The notes beneath the pieces are model-generated. The model was not told the origin of the DNA. It did not search any database and worked only from the letters and a program-made list of their open reading frames with translations. Shown piece after piece: positions 32,483-43,200 of a stretch of 64,000 nucleotides of DNA. The position numbers and the translations under genes are program-made. Origin of the DNA: an uncultured Marinoscillum sp. (GTDB taxonomy: Bacteria > Bacteroidota > Bacteroidia > Cytophagales > Cyclobacteriaceae); assembly GCA_964351625.1 (NCBI GenBank), contig CAYGOV010000017.1:4054-68053 (forward strand), in the 5' to 3' direction. The first letter of the stretch is position 1. Each line of letters opens with the position of its first letter.

Positions 32483-32571
32483 ATAGTCGACTTAAATAAG
32501 TCAATATGTGAAAATAATACTAAATAATTAGACTATTCCATTAAATAAGACGAGACCCTTGTATTTATCGA

Positions 32572-33957
32572 CTAATAGGCATTTTCACTGCCTTTCAGAA
32601 TAGAGATCAATGTTAAAGCAATGATTTTCACGTCAAATACCAATGACCAATTTTTGACATAGAAACGGTCAAGTCGAACTCTACCACTCATATCACTAAA
32701 AACTGAAGTTTCACCTCTGAAGCCCTTAGCTTGAGCAAGGCCTGTAATGCCAGGCTTTACTGCGTGTCTCTGTATGAAGCGATCAATCTTGGGTTGGAAC
32801 TGTTCATTAAGCTTAATAGGATGAGGTCTTGGACCGACAACCGACATATCCCCCAAAAACACATTAATGAATTGAGGCAACTCATCAATACTTGTTTTCC
32901 GAAGTATTGCTCCAATCTTTGTTATCCGAGGGTCATTTTTGGTCGCCTGCTTAGAATCTGATTCATTGTTCACAACCATAGTTCGAAACTTCCAGCATAG
33001 AAATGGACGATTGTCTCTTCCATTTCTGCTTTGTTTAAAGAAAACAGGTCCTTTCGATTCAAGTTTTATTAAAAGACTTATGACAGGAATCAACCATGAA
33101 AAAATAAAGATCAACACAAGGGAGGAAAAAATAATATCGAAAAAACGCTTAATAAATTGATTTGCAAGGCTATCCAAGGGAATGGCCCCAACATTGATAA
33201 TTGGAATATCTCCATAACGTTGAATACTTAGGTTCTTATTACCCAATTTACTAAACTGAGAAACTATTTTAACCTTGATTAAATTATTCTCCGCAAAATC
33301 AATGAGACGTTTAATTTCGTCATCATATAACCTCGGCAAGCAGCAAAAAATAACATCAACGGTATTCGATTTTACATAATGCTGTATATCTAAGACTTTA
33401 CCTAGAAAGCGACCTCTAGCCTCCTCTGGGCTATTATCAAAATAACCTAAAAACTTATACCCAACAGCAGGATTGAATCTGAAGAACCTTTCCAAATCTG
33501 TAGCTGTATCACCATAACCCACAATTACGACATTCCTTAAATTATATCCCTTACTGCGATAGTATCGAATAAAATAATGCCAAATAGACCTCCAAAAAAT
33601 TAGGAAGAATGTGAAAACCAAGTAGGAAACAAAAAGATGTTGTCGTGAATAATAGAAAGGCTTAGCAATGAACCATAATGCAAAAACAATTGACAGATTA
33701 ATCACCAAAGCGGTAAGCACTTTGTTTAAGTGATCAATCAAGCGGTTTTCCCTACTGATTTCTTGCAGATTTGTGGCGAAAAAAATGATTAGCCAAGTAG
33801 CATTTAATATTACTTGAAGCACCAAGTAATTCTCATTGGTGTAGAAAGGGCTCCCAAATCGATTGATATTAGCTACTATTATTCCTAGATTTAGACAGAA
33901 TACGTCTGCAAAAAGAAATAGAATAGGAAAATAATTAGAATATCTGTGCGACGACAT
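32572..33957 (-). CDS. wcaJ: Undecaprenyl-phosphate glucose phosphotransferase (WcaJ-type)
   Basis: 4 TM, CoA-binding-like middle, KRFFDI, KFRTM, SIDELPQF, VGPRP and KPGITGLAQ motifs. The ATG at 33957 is preferred because a TATATTTG promoter (33976-33983, minus strand) overlaps the longer start. Confidence 0.92.
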   Translation of the reverse strand: MSSHRYSNYFPILFLFADVFCLNLGIIVANINRFGSPFYTNENYLVLQVILNATWLIIFFATNLQEISRENRLIDHLNKVLTALVINLSIVFALWFIAKPFYYSRQHLFVSYLVFTFFLIFWRSIWHYFIRYYRSKGYNLRNVVIVGYGDTATDLERFFRFNPAVGYKFLGYFDNSPEEARGRFLGKVLDIQHYVKSNTVDVIFCCLPRLYDDEIKRLIDFAENNLIKVKIVSQFSKLGNKNLSIQRYGDIPIINVGAIPLDSLANQFIKRFFDIIFSSLVLIFIFSWLIPVISLLIKLESKGPVFFKQSRNGRDNRPFLCWKFRTMVVNNESDSKQATKNDPRITKIGAILRKTSIDELPQFINVFLGDMSVVGPRPHPIKLNEQFQPKIDRFIQRHAVKPGITGLAQAKGFRGETSVFSDMSGRVRLDRFYVKNWSLVFDVKIIALTLISILKGSENAY

Positions 33958-34007
33958 CTCTTTAAAAATCAATGGCAAATATAAATATTATTCAATATAC
34001 GCAATGT

Positions 34008-34015
34008 TAAATTTG
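34008..34015 (+). promoter_or_regulatory. -7 promoter element upstream of the exosortase remnant
   Basis: TAAATTTG(CA), a perfect TAnnTTTG match 48 bp before the ATG at 34063. Confidence 0.55.
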
Positions 34016-34062
34016 CATAATGTCCTTTACTAATTGATTATCTTGAAATCTTAATACTGCTT

Positions 34063-34212
34063 ATGAATAATCAAATTCGGCCAGTACTTAAGCGCTTCAT
34101 TATTCGTTCCATAGTTATTTTCGTGGGCTGGTTAATTCATTTTCATGGATTCATACAGCCTGACGGACGAACGAATCAATGGCTGACAGAAAAAGTTGCA
34201 GTTCACTATTGA
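34063..34212 (+). pseudogene. Truncated exosortase paralog (49-aa N-terminal remnant)
   Basis: Manual translation MNNQIRPVLKRFIIRSIVIFVGWLIHFHGFIQPDGRTNQWLTEKVAVHY* aligns by eye with the N-terminus of 51882..52439 (TILRTFIIRIIILFFGWLILYQGFVRPDGRVDHW). It stops before the catalytic Cys. Confidence 0.8.
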
Positions 34213-34273
34213 TCCAACTTTCCTCTGAGAAGCTAGAAGTAGGGCACTCCTTGTCAGGCATTCTAAGCAATCT

Positions 34274-35203
34274 TCACCACTCAGAATTATCCACAGCTTC
34301 ATAAACAGCTCGAATACCATCCTCCAAACCAATCTTAGCTTTCCACCCCAGGGCATTAATGCGACTACTGTCCATAAGCTTACGAGGCGTCCCATCAGGT
34401 TTGTCCGTATTAAACACAATCTCCCCAGAGTAACCTACAATTCTCTTCACGGTCAAGGCCAAATCCTTAATAGTCAAATCTTCTCCATAACCCAAATTAA
34501 TCGTCTGTCCATCACTATAGTTATCCATTAAGAACAAACAGGCTTCTGCCAAATCATCCACATGTAAAAATTCTCGCATTGGCTCGCCTGTACCCCAAAT
34601 CTCTACCTCACTTTTGCCTTCCTGCTTTGCGGTATGAAATTTCCTAATCAAAGCTGGCAAGACATGTGAATTATTCAAGTCATAGTTGTCATTCGGACCA
34701 TACAAGTTGGTAGGCATGGCGCTGATAAAATCAGAACCATATTGATCTCGGTAGGTCTCACACAACTTTATCCCAGCGATTTTCGCAATGGCATAGGGTT
34801 CATTAGTGGATTCCAAAGTTCCCGTGAGGAGACTATCTTCTCGAATGGGCTGTTCCGCTAATTTTGGATAGATACAAGAACTCCCCAGAAATAATAGTTT
34901 TCTTACGTTATTTATATACGAAGCATGGATAACATTCGCTTCCATCATCAAGTTTTCATAGAGAAATGCCCCACGATAAACACTATTAGCAAGTATACCT
35001 CCAACCTTCGCTGCAGCTAGAAAAACATATTCTGGTTTTTCTAGCTCAAAGAATCTTTGAACAGATTTTTGATCCACAAGATTTAATTCTTTAGAAGTAC
35101 GATATATAAGGCTTGTATAGCCTTCTTTTTTCAGTAACCTAACAAGCGCAGAGCCCACCATTCCACGGTGACCAGCGATGTATATCTTTGATGACCTATT
35201 CAT
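34274..35203 (-). CDS. fcl: GDP-L-fucose synthase
   Basis: [38 protein letters not shown] and MPTNLYGP motifs. Confidence 0.96.
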   Translation of the reverse strand: MNRSSKIYIAGHRGMVGSALVRLLKKEGYTSLIYRTSKELNLVDQKSVQRFFELEKPEYVFLAAAKVGGILANSVYRGAFLYENLMMEANVIHASYINNVRKLLFLGSSCIYPKLAEQPIREDSLLTGTLESTNEPYAIAKIAGIKLCETYRDQYGSDFISAMPTNLYGPNDNYDLNNSHVLPALIRKFHTAKQEGKSEVEIWGTGEPMREFLHVDDLAEACLFLMDNYSDGQTINLGYGEDLTIKDLALTVKRIVGYSGEIVFNTDKPDGTPRKLMDSSRINALGWKAKIGLEDGIRAVYEAVDNSEW

Positions 35204-35258
35204 TAATCAGGTATTGTAGTAATTATGATTATGCTCATGATGAAGGTGAGGTAAACAT

Positions 35259-35512
35259 GGACTATGACTATTGACTTTGACAATGACCTACTTGACTATG
35301 ACTATTCACAGTTAACGATTACTTGACTGAAGTTCAGATTTCACGTGCACCAAAGGTCAAAAACCTACAGTCAAAAATCATAGCAATCGTCAAAAACCAA
35401 CTGTCAACTGTCAACTGTTAAAATTCATGACCAAGCTCCAGAAGTCAAAGTCTAAAGCCAATATTCATTGTCAGAAGAAGGTCAACAATCAAAAGTTATC
35501 GTCAACAGTCAA
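35259..35512. repeat. Degenerate TGAC/GTCA short tandem repeats filling the gmd-fcl spacer
   Basis: 35259-35306 carries about 6-nt-period TGACTA/TGACTT/TGACAA copies. 35355-35512 carries opposite-sense GTCAA copies, including (CTGTCAA)2 and GTCAACAGTCAAC. Confidence 0.7.
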
Positions 35513-36625
35513 CTATTCCGCTTGTTTCAAAATATCGTGCCCGCCTTCTAGGAGATACTTATCTCGCTCAAACAATTTCAAATCACTTGCCATCATTTCT
35601 TTCACTAATGCAGCTAAATCATACTCAGGTACCCAACCTAATTTATCTTTGGCCTTCGAAGCATCTCCAATTAGCAACTCCACTTCCGTGGGTCTAAAGT
35701 ATTTAGGGTCAATTTTAATCACTTCCTGACCTAGTTTAAATGCGTAGTTACTGTTTAAAGAACTTAAAACTGTTCCTACTTCCTCTACACCAGTTCCCCT
35801 AAATTCTAATTCAACACCAACTTCTCTAAACGCCATCCTCATAAACTCACGGATAGGTGTAGTGATACCAGTAGCAAGCACAAAATCTTCTGGTTTTTCT
35901 TGCTGGAGCATGAGCCACATTCCCCTAACATAATCTTTGGCATGCCCCCAATCCCTTTTTGAATCTAGGTTACCCATATAGACACAATCCTGAAGTCCCA
36001 TCGCCATCTTGGCCACTGCTCTTGTAATTTTACGCGTCACAAATGTTTCACCTCTTAATGGAGATTCATGATTAAAAAGGATACCATTGCAGGCATACAT
36101 ATCATAAGCCTCTCGATAATTTACCGTGATCCAATAGGCATATAACTTAGCAACACCATAGGGAGAACGAGGGTAAAAAGGGGTAGTCTCGGATTGGGGA
36201 ACCTCCTGAACCAAGCCAAACAATTCCGAGGTAGACGCTTGATATATTTTTGTCTTCTTCGTAAGCCCAAGGAGCTTTACCGCTTCCAATAATCTCATAG
36301 TCCCCAGACCATCTACATCCGCCACATACTCAGGGGTTTCAAAACTCACCCGAACATGCGACATGGCTCCTAAATTGTATATTTCATGAGGCTGTATCTC
36401 CTGAATTAATCGGGTTAGATTCATCGAATCAGTTAAGTCTCCATAATGAAGGAAAAATCGTGGATTAACTCCATGTAGATCTTGATATAAATGGTCAATA
36501 CGATCTGTATTAAAGGAGGAAGCCCTGCGTTTAATCCCGTGTACCTCATAACCCTTTTCTAAAAGAAGTTCACTTAAATAGGCCCCGTCTTGTCCTGTAA
36601 TTCCTGTAATAAGTGCTTTTTTCAT
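35513..36625 (-). CDS. gmd: GDP-mannose 4,6-dehydratase
   Basis: [37 protein letters not shown] and [16 protein letters not shown] motifs. Confidence 0.97.
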   Translation of the reverse strand: MKKALITGITGQDGAYLSELLLEKGYEVHGIKRRASSFNTDRIDHLYQDLHGVNPRFFLHYGDLTDSMNLTRLIQEIQPHEIYNLGAMSHVRVSFETPEYVADVDGLGTMRLLEAVKLLGLTKKTKIYQASTSELFGLVQEVPQSETTPFYPRSPYGVAKLYAYWITVNYREAYDMYACNGILFNHESPLRGETFVTRKITRAVAKMAMGLQDCVYMGNLDSKRDWGHAKDYVRGMWLMLQQEKPEDFVLATGITTPIREFMRMAFREVGVELEFRGTGVEEVGTVLSSLNSNYAFKLGQEVIKIDPKYFRPTEVELLIGDASKAKDKLGWVPEYDLAALVKEMMASDLKLFERDKYLLEGGHDILKQAE

Positions 36626-36645
36626 CTTTTTTAGAAAATACAACC

Positions 36646-37173
36646 CTAATTCCGTGATTTAATATGCTTGCATGGATTCCCAGCACTAATTGAATACTCT
36701 TTAACATTTTTGGTAACAATTGACCCTGCACCTATTATTGAATGATCACCTATTTGCACTCCTGGTAGAATAATTGCATTTGCCCCAATCCAAACATCAT
36801 TCCCAATGATTGTTTCATAATGCCTCTTGCCTTGTTTTTGGATAGGGATATCGAGTGATACAAATTCATGATTACGACAGTAAATTTTGACATCAGGGCC
36901 CATTATCACATTATTTCCTATAGTAGCATTCGCTTGGATCATACACCTTGTTCCTAATTCAGATTCATTACCCACTTTAATATTAGGTGAGTAATCTGCT
37001 CCGCTTTTGACTCTGATATTTTTACCGCATTTTAGGATCGCGTATGAAGTAAGTTTATTTCTAATCCAAGGAAAAAAAAGTGCATAGGGACGATAATCTT
37101 CAGGAGTATTTCTGAAAAAAAGGAGATAAATCAAGTAAGCAAATAATTTAAATGGATTCCTCTTGACTTTCAT
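36646..37173 (-). CDS. Hexapeptide-repeat O-acetyltransferase
   Basis: [33 protein letters not shown]...AGNP left-handed beta-helix. Confidence 0.9.
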   Translation of the reverse strand: MKVKRNPFKLFAYLIYLLFFRNTPEDYRPYALFFPWIRNKLTSYAILKCGKNIRVKSGADYSPNIKVGNESELGTRCMIQANATIGNNVIMGPDVKIYCRNHEFVSLDIPIQKQGKRHYETIIGNDVWIGANAIILPGVQIGDHSIIGAGSIVTKNVKEYSISAGNPCKHIKSRN

Positions 37174-38177
37174 TTTACTAGTCTTTTCCTAATTGTAGAA
37201 ACTGCATTCTTCATTCGACTCCAATTTAAAAGGAGTGCTATTGCTAACTGAATTGGTAATATAAAACTATAGTAAACTCTCTTTATTATTGAGGAATCAA
37301 GTTTCTCAATTTCATAGCCTAGGCTTCTCATCTTATCACCACATATATTTTGAGCAATTTCTGCCTCCGTGCTACTCAAGCCACTCTTCCATCTGCCTAG
37401 ACTTTTCGTTGAAATACCTCTTTCTTTATAGCTACTCTTATCCATTGAAGACCCCATGTAATGAATGTCAAGCATATCACCAGAATATTCGACATCAACA
37501 AATTTGCAAATCTCCTTCAGATATTTTTCTGGTTCCTCTACTAAATTTTCGTATTTACAATGAAATAGGTTGGCTTTATTTTTATGTTTTTCAAATTGAT
37601 TAATGGAGGCATTCCACAATCTTGAAATAACTGCCGGATGATAATTTAATTTCGTCCTAATTACATCTAGTTTTGAAAAAACACCTTTTCGAGCCTTCCA
37701 TTTATTCTTCTGAGAAAGCAGAATATCTCGCGGATCCCTAACCAAGTACAGAAACTTTGCTCCCTTTATTAAATCACTTATTTCATCAATGTAAAATTGA
37801 TTTCTTGGTGTTGGGTCACATAAAAAATTTGACCCTCCGTAATATTTTAAAGCCATTAAATATAGCTCCACAGGATGATAAGAAGTCTTTTCTCCAATTA
37901 TTTCCTCAGCCTTTTGTAAATAGAGTGTCTTCTCACCTAAAGTTAGTTTTGCATTACCTCTATATCCCTTCTCGCCAATACACAATAATGTTGTCAGCAT
38001 ATCCTGAGCTTCTTTTAAACTGAGATGCTTATCCGAAAAATCATAGAATTGTTCGAAAAAATGCATCTCAGGAAAGCAAAATATATTCGGATTCTTATTC
38101 AGAATCGTTGTTAACATTTTTGTCCCACTCCTTGAATTGCCTACTATAAAAATAATTTTTTGACCTTCGAGCTTCAT
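37170..38177 (-). CDS. PAPS-dependent sulfotransferase (1 of 4)
   Basis: 5'-PSB motif VGNSRSGTKML; DPTP; YLVRDPRDILLS 3'-PB motif; KYENLVEEP. Confidence 0.88.
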   Translation of the reverse strand: MKLEGQKIIFIVGNSRSGTKMLTTILNKNPNIFCFPEMHFFEQFYDFSDKHLSLKEAQDMLTTLLCIGEKGYRGNAKLTLGEKTLYLQKAEEIIGEKTSYHPVELYLMALKYYGGSNFLCDPTPRNQFYIDEISDLIKGAKFLYLVRDPRDILLSQKNKWKARKGVFSKLDVIRTKLNYHPAVISRLWNASINQFEKHKNKANLFHCKYENLVEEPEKYLKEICKFVDVEYSGDMLDIHYMGSSMDKSSYKERGISTKSLGRWKSGLSSTEAEIAQNICGDKMRSLGYEIEKLDSSIIKRVYYSFILPIQLAIALLLNWSRMKNAVSTIRKRLVK

Positions 38178-39211
38178 ACAACTAATAGTTTTTTATAAAC
38201 TTCAACCGTTTTATTACACACTGAGTCAAGGCTATATAAGTTCGTCATAGCTTCAGCCTTTTTTGACATACTGTTGTATTGATCTTCGCCAATTGCCATT
38301 GCCTCCTTTAAAGTATTTGCTAACCCTTCAGGTGTAAGTTCATCAACAATCAGCCCATTTGACAGGTGAGATACTTGTTCTGCCAAACCTCCAACGTTAG
38401 AGACAATAGCGGGTGTTCCGCAAAACATAGCTTCGGATGCTACTAATCCAAAAGGCTCATGCCGAGATGGGAGCACAAAAAATTTGGAGGCTGAGTACAA
38501 ATCGCTGAGCTCAGGTTGAGTCTTATTGATATGAATGTCTACATTAAATCTATCCTTTAATGCTTCAATAGCTTCTTGGTATTCACCAGACCCCACAAAC
38601 GCTAGTCGAATTGAGTGATCATCTAGCTCCTTAATGGCATCAATCATCAGATCTGTCCCTTTTCGATGAATAAACTTAGCTACGAAAATGAAGTCATAGC
38701 TTTTTTCGATTTTTTTTGGATAAAAAACATTAACATCAATCCCCGCGCACATGATTAAATCATTTGCTCGTCCTAGTTTTTCATTGATCTCATGAGATGT
38801 TTCCTCGCCAACAGAGATGGAGTAATCAATCTTCTCGGCCAGATGGCTGAATATACCTTGTGAAAGTCTTCCTTTAAAGAAATTATGAATATCACCACCA
38901 TGAAATGTGACAACTATTTTGGCTTTTCGATGAAAGAGCTTGTAGAGATAAGCATGTAGATAAAGAGGGAAGAAATAATGAACATGAATGATGTCGTAGC
39001 GTTTAAAAAGGTTAGGTATAAATCGTAGAGTAGCCACTATATATTTCAAAATGCTACCAAGTTTGCTTGTAAACACCCGACGCATGAAAAATATATCTAC
39101 ATTGTCTCTGCCAAGTAAAGAACCCAATTTTTCAAACTGATTTTTTACAAAAATCCCAGCAAAAGGTAACTGCTCAGATGGATAAATATTGGAAATAATT
39201 AATATTTTCAT
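38174..39211 (-). CDS. GT4 glycosyltransferase
   Basis: HVHY, TFHG, RKG and PSRHEPFGLVASEAM motifs. Confidence 0.9.
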   Translation of the reverse strand: MKILIISNIYPSEQLPFAGIFVKNQFEKLGSLLGRDNVDIFFMRRVFTSKLGSILKYIVATLRFIPNLFKRYDIIHVHYFFPLYLHAYLYKLFHRKAKIVVTFHGGDIHNFFKGRLSQGIFSHLAEKIDYSISVGEETSHEINEKLGRANDLIMCAGIDVNVFYPKKIEKSYDFIFVAKFIHRKGTDLMIDAIKELDDHSIRLAFVGSGEYQEAIEALKDRFNVDIHINKTQPELSDLYSASKFFVLPSRHEPFGLVASEAMFCGTPAIVSNVGGLAEQVSHLSNGLIVDELTPEGLANTLKEAMAIGEDQYNSMSKKAEAMTNLYSLDSVCNKTVEVYKKLLVV

Positions 39212-39266
39212 TGGAGCAAAGTTAATATGAGATTCTTCTCAATCTATTAGAAAAAAATAATTAAGC

Positions 39267-40082
39267 ATGAAATTGGTTCTTACCTTATCGATGTGTGGCT
39301 TTCTTTTTATAAACGTGTATTGCCAGAAATTGCAGACCTCATTTGAGGATAAAGAAATAAATAAAGCCATTTTTGATGCCCGCAGGCTCTGCTGCGAACA
39401 CTCTATAAGTTTTGATAGCAGTATCATGGCTGACGGTAGGTATAGTTTAAAATTTACCTTAAATAGAGAAGACGAATTTTATCGGGACAATGGTCAACTT
39501 AGAAAAACAGCCAATAAAAGAGCTGAAATAGGAACAATTGATAATGTTGACAGCCTATTATACAAGTACGGTAGTGAATATTGGTATAGTTTCAAAGTGT
39601 ATATACCAGAGACTTGGATTGATGAAGAAAACATCGAGGAAGAAACCCGACAAAATAGAGATATAGTATCACAATGGCATTGGAAAAAAGAAGATACAGA
39701 TGAGTCTGGAAAACCTGCTTTGGCGATAGCTGTTAATGGGGATAAATGGACCGTGATAAATTCCTATCAAACCGACAATACTCTTGATAAAGCATCAGAA
39801 ATTTCGTCGAGTTACTTTGCAGGCAAAGTGCAGAAAGGAACGTGGGTGACATGGGTAGTGAATGCGCTTTGGTCCAATGAAGAAAATATTGGGTTTATTA
39901 AAATCTGGAAAGACGAAATTTTAATAGCAAATCTAAAAGGCTCTAATTGCAATAAAGATAGAAACATTATTTACAAATTTGGCCTATACAAACCCCGCTG
40001 GACCTCCAGAAAAACGAATGTAAGCACTCGAGAGATCTATTTTGATGATATCAAAATATCTCAAGAACCTTTTGGAAAATAA
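39267..40082 (+). CDS. Exported polysaccharide lyase, heparin-lyase-I-like beta-jelly-roll (Polysacc_lyase family)
   Basis: Signal peptide; KRAEI, YWYSFKVYIP, SQWH, GFIKIWKD, YKFGLYK and IYFDDIKI motifs. Confidence 0.75.
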   Translation: MKLVLTLSMCGFLFINVYCQKLQTSFEDKEINKAIFDARRLCCEHSISFDSSIMADGRYSLKFTLNREDEFYRDNGQLRKTANKRAEIGTIDNVDSLLYKYGSEYWYSFKVYIPETWIDEENIEEETRQNRDIVSQWHWKKEDTDESGKPALAIAVNGDKWTVINSYQTDNTLDKASEISSSYFAGKVQKGTWVTWVVNALWSNEENIGFIKIWKDEILIANLKGSNCNKDRNIIYKFGLYKPRWTSRKTNVSTREIYFDDIKISQEPFGK

Positions 40083-40137
40083 TTCTAACCTGAACATCAA
40101 TGTTTCTAATGCTACAAGCATAGCGGTTTTATATTAC

Positions 40138-40173
40138 TTTTTTTTGGGGGGGGGGTAACTCTTTCTACCTTTA
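40138..40173 (+). promoter_or_regulatory. T8-G10 homopolymer inside a putative -33/-7 promoter
   Basis: TTTG at 40143-40146, a 19-nt spacer containing nine of the ten Gs, then TACCTTTA at 40166-40173 (one mismatch to TAnnTTTG). Confidence 0.5.
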
Positions 40174-40205
40174 GGGTAGTTTAGCCACTTTTGATTCCGC
40201 GCCTC

Positions 40206-43200
40206 ATGAAACAGTTATTACTACTCCTTTTTTTTATATGTTCTTTTCTTGCTATGGGACAAACCTTTGATGGTTTTGCTCCTACAGGTGCTAAAATGAA
40301 TTTAAGTACTGATTACCCTATTCCTCAAGCCCAAGACATCCTAATCTCTCCTTCCGGGCATAAACTTTATGTACTTAATTATTCGTGGCTTTATCAATTC
40401 ACTTTAGGTGTGCCATTCAGCATAGAGAGTGTAAAATTAGACGGTCGCTACCCATTATATACGCATATGCCATGGTCACTAGGTTTAGATATTAGTAGTG
40501 ATGGAAAAAAAATGATCATCTGCGGAAAAGATGGTAATAATAATTCACAGCTAGTGCAGTATATCTTATCTGATGCATTCGATGTACTGACAGCTGATTT
40601 TGATCTTAAATTCTCTTCAAGAGAAAAGACAGCTGTAGATGTGAGCTTTAATCAAGATGGCACAAGACTCTTAGTTCTGGATGGTTTTACTGATTTACAG
40701 GACTTTTCGGGGAAAAATTTAATCAATGAATACAGCTTACAATCTCCATATGATATTAATACCATAGTCTTTTTAAGGAGGGGACTAGAAATAGATGCAC
40801 CCTATACTTATATATCTGCAATGGGATTCAGTAATAATGGTACCTCTTTGCACCTGGTTCAACTTCAGAATTCTTACAATACCCGTAACGATAGACATTT
40901 TAAGTTGTCCAGTCCCTATGTAACCAAAAACGCTGAACTCATAGCCGGTACTCCTTCTCTAACAAATGACGTGGTGTCTTTTGCTCTTAGTTTGAACGAT
41001 TCTAAACTTTTATTTCTCATATATGACCCCTATGGATCGGATAAAATACGAGAATACGAGAACATCAGTCCTCAAATATCTATCTCCAACACTTCACAAT
41101 CACATAATATCAATGAAATTGATTCTGTAAGCCCTTTTTCCACAATGAATCTTTATTATCGGGGCACTGATTTACTATCGGCAACCATACGTCTAAGCAA
41201 ATACGAGCACGGTGTACTCTCAGGAAATGAACTTCAAGGTACAGGTCCTTATACAACAAGTAATCTTTCAAAGGACGATTTATCCAGTCTTCTCCGTTCA
41301 TTAAAGTTTAAACCTACGGAAGGTCTTGCCACACCTGGAGATTCAATAGTAACAAACTTCACCATTGAAATCACTAATGGTGAAGCAGTAGCTATAGATA
41401 GTTCTACTTCAGTCTGTGCCTACATTGAACCTCCAATCATCACTTTTGAAAATGTTCATTATGAAATAGCGGAGGGTGACTCGACTCTTCTGTTTTCAAC
41501 AGTTGAAATTAAAGATAGCGATCAGGATTCCCTGAGTGCAACCATTCGAATGACTGACTATGCGAACGGAACGTTAACTGCAGAAGGACTTCATGGGACT
41601 GGCCCATACACTACCGAGAAGTCATCCATTGCTGAAATAAATGCACTATTGAGTCGTATCAAATTCCTCCCCGCTCAAAATCTTGCTCAATCAGACAGAC
41701 CAGTTACAACGGAATTCACCATTCGAGTGACAGACGGTCAGCATTTTGTAAAAAATACTGTAAGTAAGATCACTGCGTACCTACCGGGACCGACTATAGT
41801 GTTGAAGCAGGATACATTTATGACAATAGAAGAAACAGAAACTACCGAGTTGTTTTCTAATATTTCAGTTAAGTATTTTGGTAATGAGCCCCTATCGGCA
41901 AAGATTACATTAAGCGAGAATGGAAATGGATCACTTACCGGTGATGACTTACTCAGAGATGAGCCTTACCGAATTAAAGCTACCAATCTAGAAGATCTTC
42001 AAAATTCGCTCAGGTCAGTTATTTTTCATCCAACAGAAGGGCTGGCAAGGTTTGACAGCCCTGTGCAAACGCTTATAACGATTGAAATAACTGATGGCGA
42101 ATCTTCGGCGGTAGAAAGCAGTAGAATTCAAGTCAAAGTACTACCTAAAACTGTCGTGTCGAGCATTGAAAATGCTACTAAGACTGGTAAATTTGTTCGA
42201 CCTGTTTCTAGCATAAGAAACTTTTACTTTCTGCAGGATGGGGTTAAACTAGTTGTTATTGTAGATAATATACTTTATCAATTTTCATTAAGTGATCCAT
42301 ACAACGTTGAAAGAACCTCGATTGATGGAAAAATTGAAATGATCAACCCACAGTCAATTGATTTCAATGATGATGGATCTGTACTTTATGTTGTTGGACA
42401 AAAAAACCTATATCAATATGATTTAGCCACGCCTTATAATGTCTTGTCATGTTCTGCTGAATACACTGAAATATCTTTTGGAGACGAAGTTGGATATGCA
42501 ACGGACGTTAAGCTTTATAATAATGGCTCTTTCATGAGTATTGCTGACAGAAATTTTGACCAGATTTCAAAATACCAGTTATCAACAAGCTATGACATTA
42601 CTACTGCAACATACCTAAACAAAACCATTGAACTCAGACATGGTATTCTAAATTTTCGATTTGTCCAAGATGGTTATTTTTTATACACAGTAAGTGAAAA
42701 TTCTAAATATCAAATCTATGAGCTAAAACAACCATTTGAAACAGAAAATGCAAAATTATTAAAAAGTGGAGTCTTTCCAGTAGGCTATGTCACCGCTTTG
42801 GCATTCTTACCCAACCTTAATAATTTTTATCTTTCACATTCTATAGGTAATGAGAATAGAATTTCGGAGTATGAAATTTCTAAAGTTCCAATGATTAAAA
42901 GCGAGAATCAACTGTATTCGATCAATGAAAAAAATAGTGTCTCTCCTTTTTCATTGACCAAAATACGTGATGAGGATAGTGATTATTTGTCAGCCAAAAT
43001 CGTCTTGAGTGATTCCCCAAATGGCACCCTTTCAGGTCCAGGCTTGATAGGTAGTGGTCCATACACTACAGACACTTTATACCTTTATGATTTAGAGACA
43101 TTACTCCAGTCCATAGTATTCAAACCAACAGACGGGCTTGCTCAATCAAAAAATCCAGTTTCCACCGATATTATTCTGGAGATAAGCGATGGTAGAAAGG

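Noticed and set aside
34132-34419. 95-aa minus-strand ORF
   Set aside because: Overlaps fcl in another frame and is antisense to the exosortase remnant, which has clear homology support.
35204-35512. CRISPR array
   Set aside because: Repeats are 6-7 nt and degenerate, with no constant repeat/spacer period and no cas genes.
35427-35729. 100-aa plus-strand ORF
   Set aside because: Built from the microrepeat spacer plus antisense gmd; no recognisable motif.
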